Positions 19,569 through 29,728 are shown, counted from the first letter of the stretch. The stretch: DNA of 64,000 nt from Thermoanaerobacteraceae bacterium (GCA_030016635.1 JASEJQ010000003.1:8520-72519), one strand, 5' to 3'. Notes: generated by a model from the letters alone, not told the origin. A program made the numbers and translations.

Positions 19569-19746
19569 TCTATCCCTCCTCATATACCCTACAATGGGCA
19601 TTATACATCAGATGCATATTGCAGACAACAGTTATTTAATCTATTAAAAAATAAATATAACCGTATAACGCCTATTATAGTCAATTTGCGTCAATTTTGA
19701 TAAATAATTTATTCTAAAGCTTTAAACATTACTTTTTCTTTCAAAT

Positions 19747-19817
19747 ACTCATATATTTATTCATATTAAATGTTTATTTAAGCAGCATTTATGCATATCA
19801 TGAATAAATATGCGTTG
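19747..19817. promoter_or_regulatory. Two ARG-box-like sites (putative ArgR/AhrC operators) upstream of arcABC
   Basis: 19800-19817 reads ATGAATAAATATGCGTTG. The reverse complement of 19747-19764 reads ATGAATAAATATATGAGT. Both resemble the Bacillus ARG box CATGAATAAAAATKCAAK. Confidence 0.5.
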
Positions 19818-19885
19818 CATTGATACAGGATAATTGTACCCCTTCATATGATATAGGTATATCACCGCTTAGTATCCTTATATTT

Positions 19886-19919
19886 AAAATAAAAATACAG
19901 CCGCATTTACTGGCGGCTG
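19886..19919 (-). terminator. Rho-independent terminator downstream of ddl
   Basis: Stem CAGCCGC (19898-19904) / GCGGCTG (19913-19919), followed on the minus strand by TATTTTTATTTT. Confidence 0.75.
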
Positions 19920-19924
19920 CAGAT

Positions 19925-20995
19925 TTAATACATATCTTGAAATCTTTCCAGTGAAAGGTTTATAAGTTCATCTAAGAGCTTTTCATAGCTCAGACCCGAT
20001 ATTTCCCACAGCTTCGGATACATACTCACATGCGTAAAACCTGGTATAGTGTTGAGTTCATTTACATATATCTTTCCCGTACCGTTTTCGTAAAAGAAGT
20101 CCACCCTGGCCATGCCCTGGCAGTCAATAGCTCTGTATGCCTTTATAGCCAGTTCTTTTATCTCTTCAATCTTATCCCCAGGAATGTCTGCAGGTATTAG
20201 AAGTCTGGTGGTCGTATCATAGTATTTCGCCTGATAGTCGTAAAACTCTCTTGTTGGTAGTATCTCACCAACGGTCGAAGCCCGGGGATTCTCGTTACCA
20301 AGAACAGAGCACTCCACATCCTTGCAGTCTACAGCTTTTTCAACAATTAGCTTCCTGTCATATCGTGCTGCCAGGTTCAGTGCCTCTGTAAGTTCTCGCC
20401 TATCGTGTACTTTGGTAATGCCTACGCTGGAACCCAAGTTTGCAGGTTTTACAAAGTTGGGATATCCCAGTTTCATTTCAATCTCTTCTATTATTTCCTC
20501 TCCCCGCCCGTACCACTGTTTCTTGGTAAACACAAGATACGGAGCCAGTGGAAGCCCAGCATGCTCAAGAAGTTTCTTGGTAAACACCTTATCCATACCG
20601 GTTGCTGATGATGTAACATTTGCTCCTACATATGGTATGTTCGCCAGCTCCAAAATGCCCTGTATTGTGCCATCCTCACCCCTTGGCCCATGGAGCACAG
20701 GAAAGACCACATCCAGGGGCATAAGCTTCATTTCTCCATCCACAAAGTATAAAAGCCCCTTATAAGATGGGTCAGGCGGCAATATCGCCTTATAAGAATT
20801 ATTTACCCAGTCTCCCTTTTGTATATCATCTATATCCCCTTTGTACAGATACCAGTGCCCCGTTTTAGTTATTCCGATAGGCACTATATCGTATTTTTGT
20901 TTATTCAGGTTTTTAATTACGGAAGCAGCAGACATCAGGGATACATCATGCTCGCCAGATTGCCCTCCAAATAAAACTCCAACTTTTAAAGGCAA
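19925..20995 (-). CDS. ddl: D-alanine--D-alanine ligase
   Basis: 356 aa with ATP-grasp fold; starts MPLKVGVLFGGQSGEHDVSLMSA and ends with the C-terminal EVNTIPGFT-like motif ELNTIPGFT. Confidence 0.95.
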   Translation of the reverse strand: MPLKVGVLFGGQSGEHDVSLMSAASVIKNLNKQKYDIVPIGITKTGHWYLYKGDIDDIQKGDWVNNSYKAILPPDPSYKGLLYFVDGEMKLMPLDVVFPVLHGPRGEDGTIQGILELANIPYVGANVTSSATGMDKVFTKKLLEHAGLPLAPYLVFTKKQWYGRGEEIIEEIEMKLGYPNFVKPANLGSSVGITKVHDRRELTEALNLAARYDRKLIVEKAVDCKDVECSVLGNENPRASTVGEILPTREFYDYQAKYYDTTTRLLIPADIPGDKIEEIKELAIKAYRAIDCQGMARVDFFYENGTGKIYVNELNTIPGFTHVSMYPKLWEISGLSYEKLLDELINLSLERFQDMY

Positions 20996-21085
20996 TTAAA
21001 ATCCCCCCCAATTTATTTCTCATAGATTTATTGTATTCTAAAACACGGGAAATAACCACACAATATATTGAAGCATCCTTCAAGA

Positions 21086-21997
21086 TTATTTATTTCTTAT
21101 ATCTTCTTCCGGTTCAATATGGATTGTAACATCGGTTATACCTGGATAGACTCTTTTCAAATTTTCCTCTATAATATCACTTATCTCATGGGCCCTTAAT
21201 ACGCTCATGTCTTCATTTACAAGCACATGGAGGTCTACCTTAATATCATCCTCTCTCCCTCTGGTCCTTATCTTATGACATGACCTTACACCATCTACAC
21301 TTTTTACCAGTTGTTCAATGCCTTCCTCATCAAGTACTACAGCATCAACAAGTATGCTTGTGCTTCTTGAAAATATCTCAAACGCAGCGCGGCCTATCAT
21401 AATGACAATAAATATTGAAACTATCACATCAGCAATCTGAACACCGTATCTTGCAAAGACAAGGCCGGCAATAACTGATAATGATACAAGGACATCACTG
21501 GCTGTATGGATTGAATCAGACTCTAAAAAATCGCTCTTTAGTTCTCTGGCTTTTTTCTTCTCAAAATTAGTAACAAATAGATTGACAGCAATAGTAATTA
21601 TCATAATCGCAAAACTGTATATATTGGCATTTACCTGTACCGGGTTTTTAATCCTCTCCACTGCACCGGCAATAACCTCATAACACACCAAAACCAGCAT
21701 GGCACCTATAATTAGAGTAACCATAGTCTCTATCTTTTTGTGTCCGTAAGGATGCTTTTCATCTGATGGCCTGTATGCAAAAGAAATGCCTATAAGCCCA
21801 ATGACATTACTGCTGGCATCGGTAAGAGAATGAAACCCGTCTGCTATCATGCTCATGGAGTTTATCAAATACCCTGTTGCAATTTTTAAAATGCATACAA
21901 GTATATTAAATATAAGTATTATAAGATTGACACGGAATATATTTTTATAGGTATCCATAAATGAATCCTCCTTAAAAATATAAAGCCCAGACCGCAT
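21086..21997 (-). CDS. Cation diffusion facilitator family transporter
   Basis: 303 aa with six TM segments, HSLTDA in TM2, and a C-terminal cytoplasmic domain. Confidence 0.85.
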   Translation of the reverse strand: MRSGLYIFKEDSFMDTYKNIFRVNLIILIFNILVCILKIATGYLINSMSMIADGFHSLTDASSNVIGLIGISFAYRPSDEKHPYGHKKIETMVTLIIGAMLVLVCYEVIAGAVERIKNPVQVNANIYSFAIMIITIAVNLFVTNFEKKKARELKSDFLESDSIHTASDVLVSLSVIAGLVFARYGVQIADVIVSIFIVIMIGRAAFEIFSRSTSILVDAVVLDEEGIEQLVKSVDGVRSCHKIRTRGREDDIKVDLHVLVNEDMSVLRAHEISDIIEENLKRVYPGITDVTIHIEPEEDIRNK

Positions 21998-22127
21998 GGT
22001 TCATGGCCTGGTCTCTTTCAATTGAAATTTTATTTAACACTATTATATGCGTATTTTGTTGTATATGCAACTATTTTTTCTTAATATTAATTATTATCAG
22101 TTGAGAATAAAAACCTTTAGCAATAAA

Positions 22128-22149
22128 GGTCGGGGATTATTCCCCGACC
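22128..22149 (-). terminator. Hairpin at the SASP gene stop codon
   Basis: GGTCGGGGA-ttatt-TCCCCGACC with the stop codon in the loop. The minus strand continues TTTATTGC. Confidence 0.55.
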
Positions 22150-22337
22150 TTAGGGCCACCATTATACTGCTGGGCAATGCTTTTTTCAGCTCTTTCTATG
22201 GCAAGCCTTACCAGGTTACCACAGTTTCTTGAAGAAACACTACCCCAGCCTTCTTTGGCTACTATATCATCTACACCTAATTCTCTGGCAAGTTCATACT
22301 TTAGTTCGTCAGACATTACACCGCGTCTTCGGGACAT
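22137..22337 (-). CDS. Alpha/beta-type small acid-soluble spore protein
   Basis: Contains ELKYELARELGV and GSVSSRNCGNLVRLAIERAE, the conserved SASP helices. Start set at MSRRRGV, with GAGGAG upstream. Confidence 0.85.
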   Translation of the reverse strand: MSRRRGVMSDELKYELARELGVDDIVAKEGWGSVSSRNCGNLVRLAIERAEKSIAQQYNGGPKVGE

Positions 22338-22433
22338 ATCTGACCATCTCCTCACCAGAATTTGAGGTTGCCCTCAGTTTCTATTATACCCCGAAGGCAA
22401 AAAATTATTGATAAAATCAACGTCGTTTACTGT

Positions 22434-23786
22434 TCACATGGTAAGTTTTCCTTCATCTGTTTCAATTACCTGTAGTATCTGCTCTTCATTTCCATTTTCT
22501 GCATTTATATATACGTAGTAGGTGTTGCCAGAATATTCTCCCATGAACTCATAGGTCAATGCCTCTTTGCCTCCCGGCAGGGGTATTACAGCCAGCCTGC
22601 TCTGTTTTATATCGAGGTTGAGGCTGATTTTATCTTCGGCCTGGCCCTTTGTTATCGCGGGCTTAACAGTGTTTCTCTCTGTATGAGACATATAATAATT
22701 CAGAGCATCAAATCCAAGGACGCTGCCATTATCGAGGGCCACTTTGACCTTTATAAGGTCCGGATAGTATATCACGTCGTCCTTCGTGTACGCATAATTT
22801 ATAACCACGGTATTGTCGTACTTCATGGAATAGGTAGGCATCATATTGTCATATCCATTTCTCTTCAAAAACCTGTCAGCATAATCCTCAGCCTGTTTCG
22901 TGGATAAATTTACCTTTCCTACATCCCTATTGTTCAACATCCATATTACATGTCCACCAGTCCCGCTTATATTCAGATAGTAGGTAGAACCCCCATTCCT
23001 GTCTCTTACCTCTATACCAAAGCCTTTCACTGGCTGGCCTACATAGCTGTATTGTCTAACGCTTTCTGCTGCCTCAAGTCCCAGAAAATCTATTGCTTTC
23101 TTTTCTGCAGCATCAAGGTTTACATCATTCCCTGTCACACCCTTAGGTGTTCTCTTTTCCAGGGCTGCTGAAAATGGTCCATCATATATAAGTGTAGGCA
23201 TATTTGTCATATTTTTTTCTATGTTTTCAAATTTGCTGCCTATAAGTTTATCTGAAATATTGTCCAATCTGGTTCCGCCTTTGCTTTTCAAATCGCTTAT
23301 GGTTATTGATCCAGAAACAAGATCATCCTGTAGTTTCTGCAGTTCTACAGAAACATCTCCTGCAATCTTATGGAGCTGGGCCAAATTTTTCCTGTCTGTA
23401 TCTGAAAATTTCTCGCCTCTTGCCCTTTTCTTTTGAAGGCTGTATGAATAGTCGCCCACCTGGTTTAAAAACTTCGACGTACTCTCCACTACGACGGATG
23501 GAACCGGCAACTGTGCAAGAGCTTCTATAGCTGTATATGCCCGCCTGTGTATATCTGTCAAGGTAAGGATATCCATATCTTCTTCCTCGGCAACCTGAAG
23601 TTTTGAAAGGCCCACCTGCATGTTCTCCATATTGTCCACAAGCTGATAAAAGGCCCTGTTGTACTGGCCATTTAAGTAACGGTAATAGAAGGTCTTCTGA
23701 TTGTACTGATATATTCCAAAAATACCTAGGCCAAGGACTGCAGCTACCATTACCAGGCTTATCAAATTCACCCTTTTAAATTTCAT
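22434..23786 (-). CDS. ypeB: Germination protein YpeB
   Basis: N-terminal TM segment and C-terminal PepSY repeats, immediately downstream of sleB. Start set at MKFKR (AAGGTGA SD). Confidence 0.85.
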   Translation of the reverse strand: MKFKRVNLISLVMVAAVLGLGIFGIYQYNQKTFYYRYLNGQYNRAFYQLVDNMENMQVGLSKLQVAEEEDMDILTLTDIHRRAYTAIEALAQLPVPSVVVESTSKFLNQVGDYSYSLQKKRARGEKFSDTDRKNLAQLHKIAGDVSVELQKLQDDLVSGSITISDLKSKGGTRLDNISDKLIGSKFENIEKNMTNMPTLIYDGPFSAALEKRTPKGVTGNDVNLDAAEKKAIDFLGLEAAESVRQYSYVGQPVKGFGIEVRDRNGGSTYYLNISGTGGHVIWMLNNRDVGKVNLSTKQAEDYADRFLKRNGYDNMMPTYSMKYDNTVVINYAYTKDDVIYYPDLIKVKVALDNGSVLGFDALNYYMSHTERNTVKPAITKGQAEDKISLNLDIKQSRLAVIPLPGGKEALTYEFMGEYSGNTYYVYINAENGNEEQILQVIETDEGKLTM

Positions 23787-23790
23787 ATAA

Positions 23791-24465
23791 TCACCTTGCA
23801 AACCTATGTTTACCTATTACAGTTATAACAGGTCTCGACCATATCCATCCGCTTGTACTTTTGGCAGGATTATAGTAGTATAACGCCCCACCGGAAGGGT
23901 CCCATCCGCTCAGAGCATCCCGTGCGGCCCTTAAGGACTCATCATCGGGGTTAAGCCAGATCTGCCCGTCAGCAACTGCCGTGAAAGCCCCAGGCTGAAA
24001 TATAACACCTGCAATAGAATTTGGGAATTTCGAACTTTTAACTCTGTTTAAAACAACGGCGCCTACGGCAACCTTGCCAATATATGGCTCTCCCCGTGCC
24101 TCACCATGTATCAGCCTGGCCAGAAGAGTATAGTCATCCCTGCTGGAAACACCCCTCGACGGAGTAGTGGTAGTAGCCGGGGTAATCCTCATGCCCAGGG
24201 CTCTTTTAGTGGCATTGCCTATAACACCATCAGGCGTAAGGCCATTCCTTTTTTGAAATTTTATGACGGCCTGATACATCTTGGCCCCATATGCACCATC
24301 CAGAGGCCCGGTATAGTATCCCCAATTTTTGAGCTTTCTCTGGGCCTCCAGTACCTCACTACCTTTAGAACCCCAGGAAAGGGCTGCACTGTACACCACG
24401 CTCTCAATGGATGCAGTCAACATTATAATTATCAATAAAAATATTCTCTTGTACTTTCTCTGCAT
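23791..24465 (-). CDS. sleB: Spore cortex-lytic enzyme SleB
   Basis: Signal peptide, PG-binding domain (LKNWGYYTGPLDGAYG), and a hydrolase-2 catalytic domain (LARLIHGEARGEPYIGKVAVGAVVLNR). Confidence 0.9.
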   Translation of the reverse strand: MQRKYKRIFLLIIIMLTASIESVVYSAALSWGSKGSEVLEAQRKLKNWGYYTGPLDGAYGAKMYQAVIKFQKRNGLTPDGVIGNATKRALGMRITPATTTTPSRGVSSRDDYTLLARLIHGEARGEPYIGKVAVGAVVLNRVKSSKFPNSIAGVIFQPGAFTAVADGQIWLNPDDESLRAARDALSGWDPSGGALYYYNPAKSTSGWIWSRPVITVIGKHRFAR

Positions 24466-24579
24466 GGGTATCCCCTTTCAATTTTCAAGAATATATCTAC
24501 ATACTCAGTCTAATCGTTATTTTTTGTATAAAGCAGGATTTTTATTCCGTATGGCGAATTTATATACTATATTAATTTA

Positions 24580-24607
24580 GTGAAATCATTTTCACCGTAC
24601 ATACGGT
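24580..24607. promoter_or_regulatory. Two overlapping palindromes upstream of the OppA-like gene (possible operator)
   Basis: GTGAAA-tcat-TTTCAC (24580-24595) and CACCGTA-ca-TACGGTG (24592-24607), 40-65 nt before the TTG start. Confidence 0.3.
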
Positions 24608-24646
24608 GTTAAAAATAAATAAAAAATTTTATGGGAGGGGTATAAT

Positions 24647-26293
24647 TTGAAAAAGCAAATGGCAGTTCTGGTAGCTGCATTGCTTGTCCTTAGCATGTTT
24701 TTATCGGCATGCAGCAGCCAGGATACCCAGCAGAGTCAGCAGCAAGTTCCAGCCGAGCAGCAAACTAGTGAACCGGTGGAGATAACGGCCAACCTGCAGA
24801 CTGAACCCAGAAGCATAGACCCGGCCAAAAACACTGCTATTGATGGTGGGACGGTGATATATCACATATTCGAGGGGCTTACACGTCTGGATAAGAATAA
24901 TAAAGCAGAGCCTGCAGTTGCAGAGAAATGGGATATTTCCAGTGATGGGCTTACCTATACATTCCACCTGAGGGACGGTGTAAAGTGGTCCGATGGAAAG
25001 CCAGTCACCGCTAAGGATTTTGAGTATGCATGGAAGAGGGTGTTAAACCCTGAAACCGGTTCAGAGTATGCATATCAGCTGTATTACATCAAAAACGGCG
25101 AAAAATACAACAATGGTGAAGCAAAGGTTGAGGATGTCGGTGTCACTGCAAAAGACGACAAGACCCTTGTGCTGACTTTAGAATCACCTACACCTTATAT
25201 ACTGGAGCTCCTGGCTTTCTTTACCTATATGCCGGTGAGGCAGGATATAATAGAGGCTCATCCTGAGGACTGGACACAAAGCCCGGAGACATATATAGGT
25301 AATGGAGCCTTTGTGATGACTGCATGGAATCACAATGACTCTATAGTCCTTGAGAAAAACCCCAACTATTGGGATCTACAGAGGATAAAACCGGATAAGA
25401 TAACCTTTTTAATGATCAATGATGCCAACACAGAGCTAGCTGAGTTTGAAAATGGCCGCCTTGACTTTGGAGATAACCCGCCAGCCAATGACTTCCCAAG
25501 ACTTAAGGAAATGGGAGTACTTCATATAGACCCCAGCCTGGCAACCTACGGATATGTGTATAATACAAAGAAGGCACCCTTTGATAACCCCAAGATAAGA
25601 AAGGCATTTTCTCTTGCCATTGACAGAAAGGCCATAGTAGAAACTCCTCCACCGGTCGGTCAGAGACCCGCAGGGGGATGGGTATCTCCTGGTATACCTG
25701 ATGCTGACCCCACAAAGGACTTCAGGGATGTAGGCGGAGACTATTATGATGTGAACAAGGCCAATATAGAAGAAGCAAAGAAGCTGCTTGCCGAAGCCGG
25801 GTACCCTGACGGTAAGGGCCTGCCTAAGATTACCCTGCTATATAATACCAGCGAGGGCCATAAACAGATAGCCGAAATCCTTCAGGAAATGTGGAAACAA
25901 AACCTGGGTGTAGAAGTAGAGCTGGCCAATGAAGAGTGGCAGGTGTTCTTAGATGACAGAGCTAACGGCAACTATCAGGTGGCAAGGCTGGGATGGTTTG
26001 CAGATTATATAGATCCAATGACCTTCCTGGATATGTTTACTACAGGCAGCGGCAATAACAATGCTGATTGGAGCAACAAAGAGTTTGATGAATTGATCGA
26101 CAAGGCCAAACGTACTACCAATGCAGTTGAAAGAATGCAGTATATGCATCAGGCAGAAAACATCCTGATGGATGAGATGGTCGTATTGCCTATATACTTC
26201 TACGTAAACTCTTATGTGGTAAGACCCAATCTGAAGGGTTACCACATAGACCCGTTAGGATATAATTACTTCCATGAGGCGTATAAGGAATAA
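24647..26293 (+). CDS. Peptide ABC transporter substrate-binding lipoprotein (family 5, OppA/DppA-like), paralog 1
   Basis: 548 aa, TTG start with GGGAGGGG SD, lipobox LSACS. No permease or ATPase genes are adjacent. Confidence 0.9.
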   Translation: MKKQMAVLVAALLVLSMFLSACSSQDTQQSQQQVPAEQQTSEPVEITANLQTEPRSIDPAKNTAIDGGTVIYHIFEGLTRLDKNNKAEPAVAEKWDISSDGLTYTFHLRDGVKWSDGKPVTAKDFEYAWKRVLNPETGSEYAYQLYYIKNGEKYNNGEAKVEDVGVTAKDDKTLVLTLESPTPYILELLAFFTYMPVRQDIIEAHPEDWTQSPETYIGNGAFVMTAWNHNDSIVLEKNPNYWDLQRIKPDKITFLMINDANTELAEFENGRLDFGDNPPANDFPRLKEMGVLHIDPSLATYGYVYNTKKAPFDNPKIRKAFSLAIDRKAIVETPPPVGQRPAGGWVSPGIPDADPTKDFRDVGGDYYDVNKANIEEAKKLLAEAGYPDGKGLPKITLLYNTSEGHKQIAEILQEMWKQNLGVEVELANEEWQVFLDDRANGNYQVARLGWFADYIDPMTFLDMFTTGSGNNNADWSNKEFDELIDKAKRTTNAVERMQYMHQAENILMDEMVVLPIYFYVNSYVVRPNLKGYHIDPLGYNYFHEAYKE

Positions 26294-26339
26294 GGAGACA
26301 TACCTCGTCAAGTAAAGAAATGAGATGTATAAAGCAAAG

Positions 26340-26369
26340 AAAAACTCCGGAGCTTACTCCGGAGTTTTT
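26340..26369. terminator. Bidirectional terminator between the convergent OppA-like gene and spoIIR
   Basis: AAAAACTCCGGAG-ctta-CTCCGGAGTTTTT; overlaps the last codons of spoIIR. Confidence 0.8.
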
Positions 26370-27010
26370 CTTTGAAACGCTAGTTTAAATGTGTTTGATA
26401 CCCTGCTTGCTATATCCTCAATTATCTCAACACTCTTCAGCTTAATCGGCGGTTTGTTAGAGGATATTTCCTCAATTTCCTTCTCTGTAAGAACCTTTGA
26501 AAGTTCATCTTTTGTGTTGTCTCTGGCCTGGCCATGAGAGGTATCTACAAAACACAAAGGAGGAAAGAGTACACACCACCAGTTTTTCCCTTCACCGTCT
26601 CCCATGACCACACGGAGTGCATCGTATTCGCCTGCCGGGAGGGTGATAGAACCATATGACTTAATAGGAAATTCAAACCTGCCCATGGTCACCTTGACAG
26701 GATAATTATAGCCTTCACTTTGTACTACTTCTTCCGCTTTTTGCTGTATATCATCCAGTTTGCTGCTAATCAGTCTTTGAGCATCTTCCTTGCTATCTGC
26801 GCTGGCAAGATACTGGTTGAGATAACCTATTACCTCATCCCTTACCTTTAGCTTTAACTGCTGGTCGTCCACATCATCGCTGTTGGCTATAACGTGAAAT
26901 CTCAGCAGTTTATATGACAGGTCTTCCTGCAGATCTTTTTCCGGTAAAATGTATCCTGTCAATAAAACAACTATCATTATGGCAACCAATATCGTAGCGG
27001 TCCATTTCAT
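26354..27010 (-). CDS. spoIIR: Stage II sporulation protein R
   Basis: 218 aa with a signal anchor and the characteristic LRFHVIANSD motif. Confidence 0.9.
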   Translation of the reverse strand: MKWTATILVAIMIVVLLTGYILPEKDLQEDLSYKLLRFHVIANSDDVDDQQLKLKVRDEVIGYLNQYLASADSKEDAQRLISSKLDDIQQKAEEVVQSEGYNYPVKVTMGRFEFPIKSYGSITLPAGEYDALRVVMGDGEGKNWWCVLFPPLCFVDTSHGQARDNTKDELSKVLTEKEIEEISSNKPPIKLKSVEIIEDIASRVSNTFKLAFQRKTPE

Positions 27011-27086
27011 AGAAAAACCCCCACCTTTCTTTGCTAATTAGAATTATTTACAGCAGGTAGGGATTTTATACATATATTGAAACATT

Positions 27087-27821
27087 TTATAACAATATTC
27101 TTTTCGCCATATAAAGGTCTTCAGGTTTATCTACGTCATTGCCAATCTCGGCATATTCGGAGATTATCGCTCTGGCAGTTATTTTAAGCATATCCGAAGC
27201 CTTTTTCTCCACCATTCTTATAGTAAGGGATTTGAATAAAAACGCTAAAATCAGGCCTGGCCCGAGCACGGAAGCAATCTTAGCCGGGTTCTTTCGATTT
27301 GCAATAACATGGCGCGGTACCGGCATACATTGTTCAAATATCCTGGGATTGACATAAAAAATATTGCCACCTGTAAAGGTGCCATCCTTCAAAGTCACAT
27401 ATGTCCTTTTTGCGCCTGGAAATCTTTCCTCACATATTCGCTTTTCTACTATTGGATAGCAGAAATCAGCTCCAATCTCTTCAGATTTTCTTATAAAATC
27501 TATTATGGCCTCTGAAGTGATATATGGTATATCACCTGTCATTATAAGAATGCGCCTATCATTTATAAACCTGCTTATACCCTTTGTGAGGTTATCCAGT
27601 ATATCTGTCCCGCCTTCAATAAATTCAAGCCCATTTTTAGAGCAGAATTCACTACTGTCACTGTTGCCTACAACAAGGATTTTATCAATCATGCCGGTCC
27701 CTTCAGCGGCATCTACCACATAGGCAAGCATGGGTTTCCCATTTATATCTACCAGCGACTTACCAGGTATCTTTTCTACCTCACCACTCCCTGCCAGAAT
27801 TACCGCATTTAACATTCTCAT
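27087..27821 (-). CDS. MobA-like NTP-transferase domain protein
   Basis: N-terminal LNAVILAGSG nucleotide-binding loop; 244 aa. Confidence 0.7.
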   Translation of the reverse strand: MRMLNAVILAGSGEVEKIPGKSLVDINGKPMLAYVVDAAEGTGMIDKILVVGNSDSSEFCSKNGLEFIEGGTDILDNLTKGISRFINDRRILIMTGDIPYITSEAIIDFIRKSEEIGADFCYPIVEKRICEERFPGAKRTYVTLKDGTFTGGNIFYVNPRIFEQCMPVPRHVIANRKNPAKIASVLGPGLILAFLFKSLTIRMVEKKASDMLKITARAIISEYAEIGNDVDKPEDLYMAKRILL

Positions 27822-27834
27822 CCACCCTCAACTA

Positions 27835-28506
27835 TTATATTTTGCTGAGCGACCTCATAAAGTCCTCCTGGGCCGATTCTAAGTGCCTTTCAGCTGCTTT
27901 TCTTGCAGTCTCAGGGGTCCGTTTCTTTATAGCTTCAACTATTTTTTCATGTTCAGGTATAAGTTTATTGGGTCTCTTGTAGGTTTCAAGGTACCTTATC
28001 CTGAACCTCTTTAGCTGCTCCTGAAGATTATTATTAATCTGTATGAGCCTATCATTCCTGGTTGTTTGGAATATGAGATTGTGAAACTCTGTATCTGCTT
28101 CTATTATACCATTTTCATCACTTTTATCTACACATTCCCTGAATTTTTCCATGATATTGGTAAGCATATGCAGCTCCTCATTGGACATTCGCTCAGCAGC
28201 AAGGGATGCGGCCAGGCCTTCCAGGGCTGTCCTGACTTCAAAAACCTCAAGGATATCTTTCTGCGAAAGGTCTGAAACATAGGCGCCCTTCCTCGGCACC
28301 ATGATAACAAGTCCTTCCAGCTCCAGTTTCCTGATAGCCTCCCTTATAGGCGTACGGCTGACCCCCAGCTTCGAGGCCAGCTGTACCTCCATGAGCCTCT
28401 CGCCAGGCTTAAATTCGCCCGATATTATACTTTCTTTCATATACTCAAAAACCAGGTCTCTTAAAGGTTTATATGTCTCTATCGGATTAAAATTATCCAT
28501 ATCCAT
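27835..28506 (-). CDS. GntR family transcriptional regulator (FadR/FCD subfamily)
   Basis: Winged HTH LASKLGVSRTPIREAIRKLELEGLV plus an all-helical C-terminal domain. Confidence 0.9.
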   Translation of the reverse strand: MDMDNFNPIETYKPLRDLVFEYMKESIISGEFKPGERLMEVQLASKLGVSRTPIREAIRKLELEGLVIMVPRKGAYVSDLSQKDILEVFEVRTALEGLAASLAAERMSNEELHMLTNIMEKFRECVDKSDENGIIEADTEFHNLIFQTTRNDRLIQINNNLQEQLKRFRIRYLETYKRPNKLIPEHEKIVEAIKKRTPETARKAAERHLESAQEDFMRSLSKI

Positions 28507-28511
28507 CCCAC

Positions 28512-29336
28512 CTAAATTGTTTTAGTATAATAGACAAAAGGATATTTGAACTTTAACCTTCTGTAAGCACTCATCAAAACATCCCAATCATGGAATATGC
28601 CGAAAACCGCCGAACCGCTGCCGGTCATCATGGCCTTTGCAGCACCATTCTCCATAAGGTCCTTTTTTATATTTTCAAGAGATGGAAGCACCTTAAATGC
28701 TGCAGTTTCCAGTGCATTGTCCATAAAACATGCCAGCTTTGGCAATTCACCAGAATGGCAATTTTCCAGGAACCCTTTTATGTCTCCGTGATTGTAGTGC
28801 ATCTCATCAAGTATACTGTATATTTTTTTAGTCGAAATTGATTCCTTTGGCTTTATAATCAAGATGTTCATTGAAATAGGGGCTAATGGTGTTAAAATTT
28901 CACCTCTGCCTTCTGCCAGCGCCATGCCTCCTTTTATAAAGAAAGGTACATCGCTGCCTACTAAGGCCGCAATCTGCAAAAGTTCCTCTTCAGTTTTATT
29001 AAGGCGCCACAGTCTGTTTAAACCCACGAGAACCCGGGCCGCATCAGAACTCCCACCCCCCATGCCGGAGCCAATAGGAATATGCTTTTTTATCTGTATA
29101 TGGGCGCCCAGATTATCTCTTTTGTCTTTCAGAACACATGCTGCTTTGTAGGCCAGATTTAATTCTTTAGGCATACCCATCATCTCCACCTCGATGCCTC
29201 CCAAGGCTGGCCTGATATATACCGTATCATGTAGACCTATGGTATGCATTACTGTCACTATATCATGATATCCGTCATCACGCAGCCTGAGGACATCAAG
29301 GAAAAGGTTTATCTTGGCATTTGCTTTTAAAAACAT
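28512..29336 (-). CDS. ispE: 4-diphosphocytidyl-2-C-methyl-D-erythritol kinase
   Basis: GHMP kinase motif PIGSGMGGGSSDAA; starts MFLKANAKINLFLDV. Confidence 0.95.
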   Translation of the reverse strand: MFLKANAKINLFLDVLRLRDDGYHDIVTVMHTIGLHDTVYIRPALGGIEVEMMGMPKELNLAYKAACVLKDKRDNLGAHIQIKKHIPIGSGMGGGSSDAARVLVGLNRLWRLNKTEEELLQIAALVGSDVPFFIKGGMALAEGRGEILTPLAPISMNILIIKPKESISTKKIYSILDEMHYNHGDIKGFLENCHSGELPKLACFMDNALETAAFKVLPSLENIKKDLMENGAAKAMMTGSGSAVFGIFHDWDVLMSAYRRLKFKYPFVYYTKTI

Positions 29337-29412
29337 CCGGCACCTCTTTTATGTGAAAAAATTGTTATACTCATTACAATTATAAACTTTTAATAGGGGC
29401 ATGTAAATAGTG

Positions 29413-29435
29413 AAAAAGCCGTCCATGTGGACGGC
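29413..29435 (-). terminator. Rho-independent terminator of the tdh-kbl unit (located after repeat copy B)
   Basis: GCCGTCCA-ca-TGGACGGC followed on the minus strand by TTTTTC. Confidence 0.7.
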
Positions 29436-29457
29436 ATACACTTTAACCTCATATGAT

Positions 29458-29727
29458 TACACTGCATAAAGTAGACAGAGTCGGCATGTAAAGGCCGGAG
29501 GCACCTTAAAGTAAGGCTTAGCCGCTCTTAGTCTCGAAACAAGTGAGGCAGGGGCATCCGGCATGGACGCCGAATGGAGGCGCACCCTGCCGAGCGAAGA
29601 AGCGAGAATTAGAGCAGCTTGCCGAATGATCAGGTGCCAAGGCTTTTGCTGCTGGCTAAACAATGACTCTCTTTAAGGCCACATTTGACGCTGTATGTCA
29701 TGCTCAAATGGGCTCTCACACTCAAAT
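29458..29727. repeat. Structured intergenic repeat, copy B (short core, inverted relative to its arms)
   Basis: The outer arms are oriented as in copy C (TACACTGCATAAAG...GGCATG...; ...CTCTCTTTAAGGCCACATTTGACGCTGTATGTCATGCTC). The core at 29547-29591 is the reverse complement (GGCAGGGGCATCCGGCATGGACGCCGAATGGAGGCGCACCCTGCC). Bracketed by CT(C/T)ATATGAT. Confidence 0.8.
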
Positions 29728-29728
29728 C

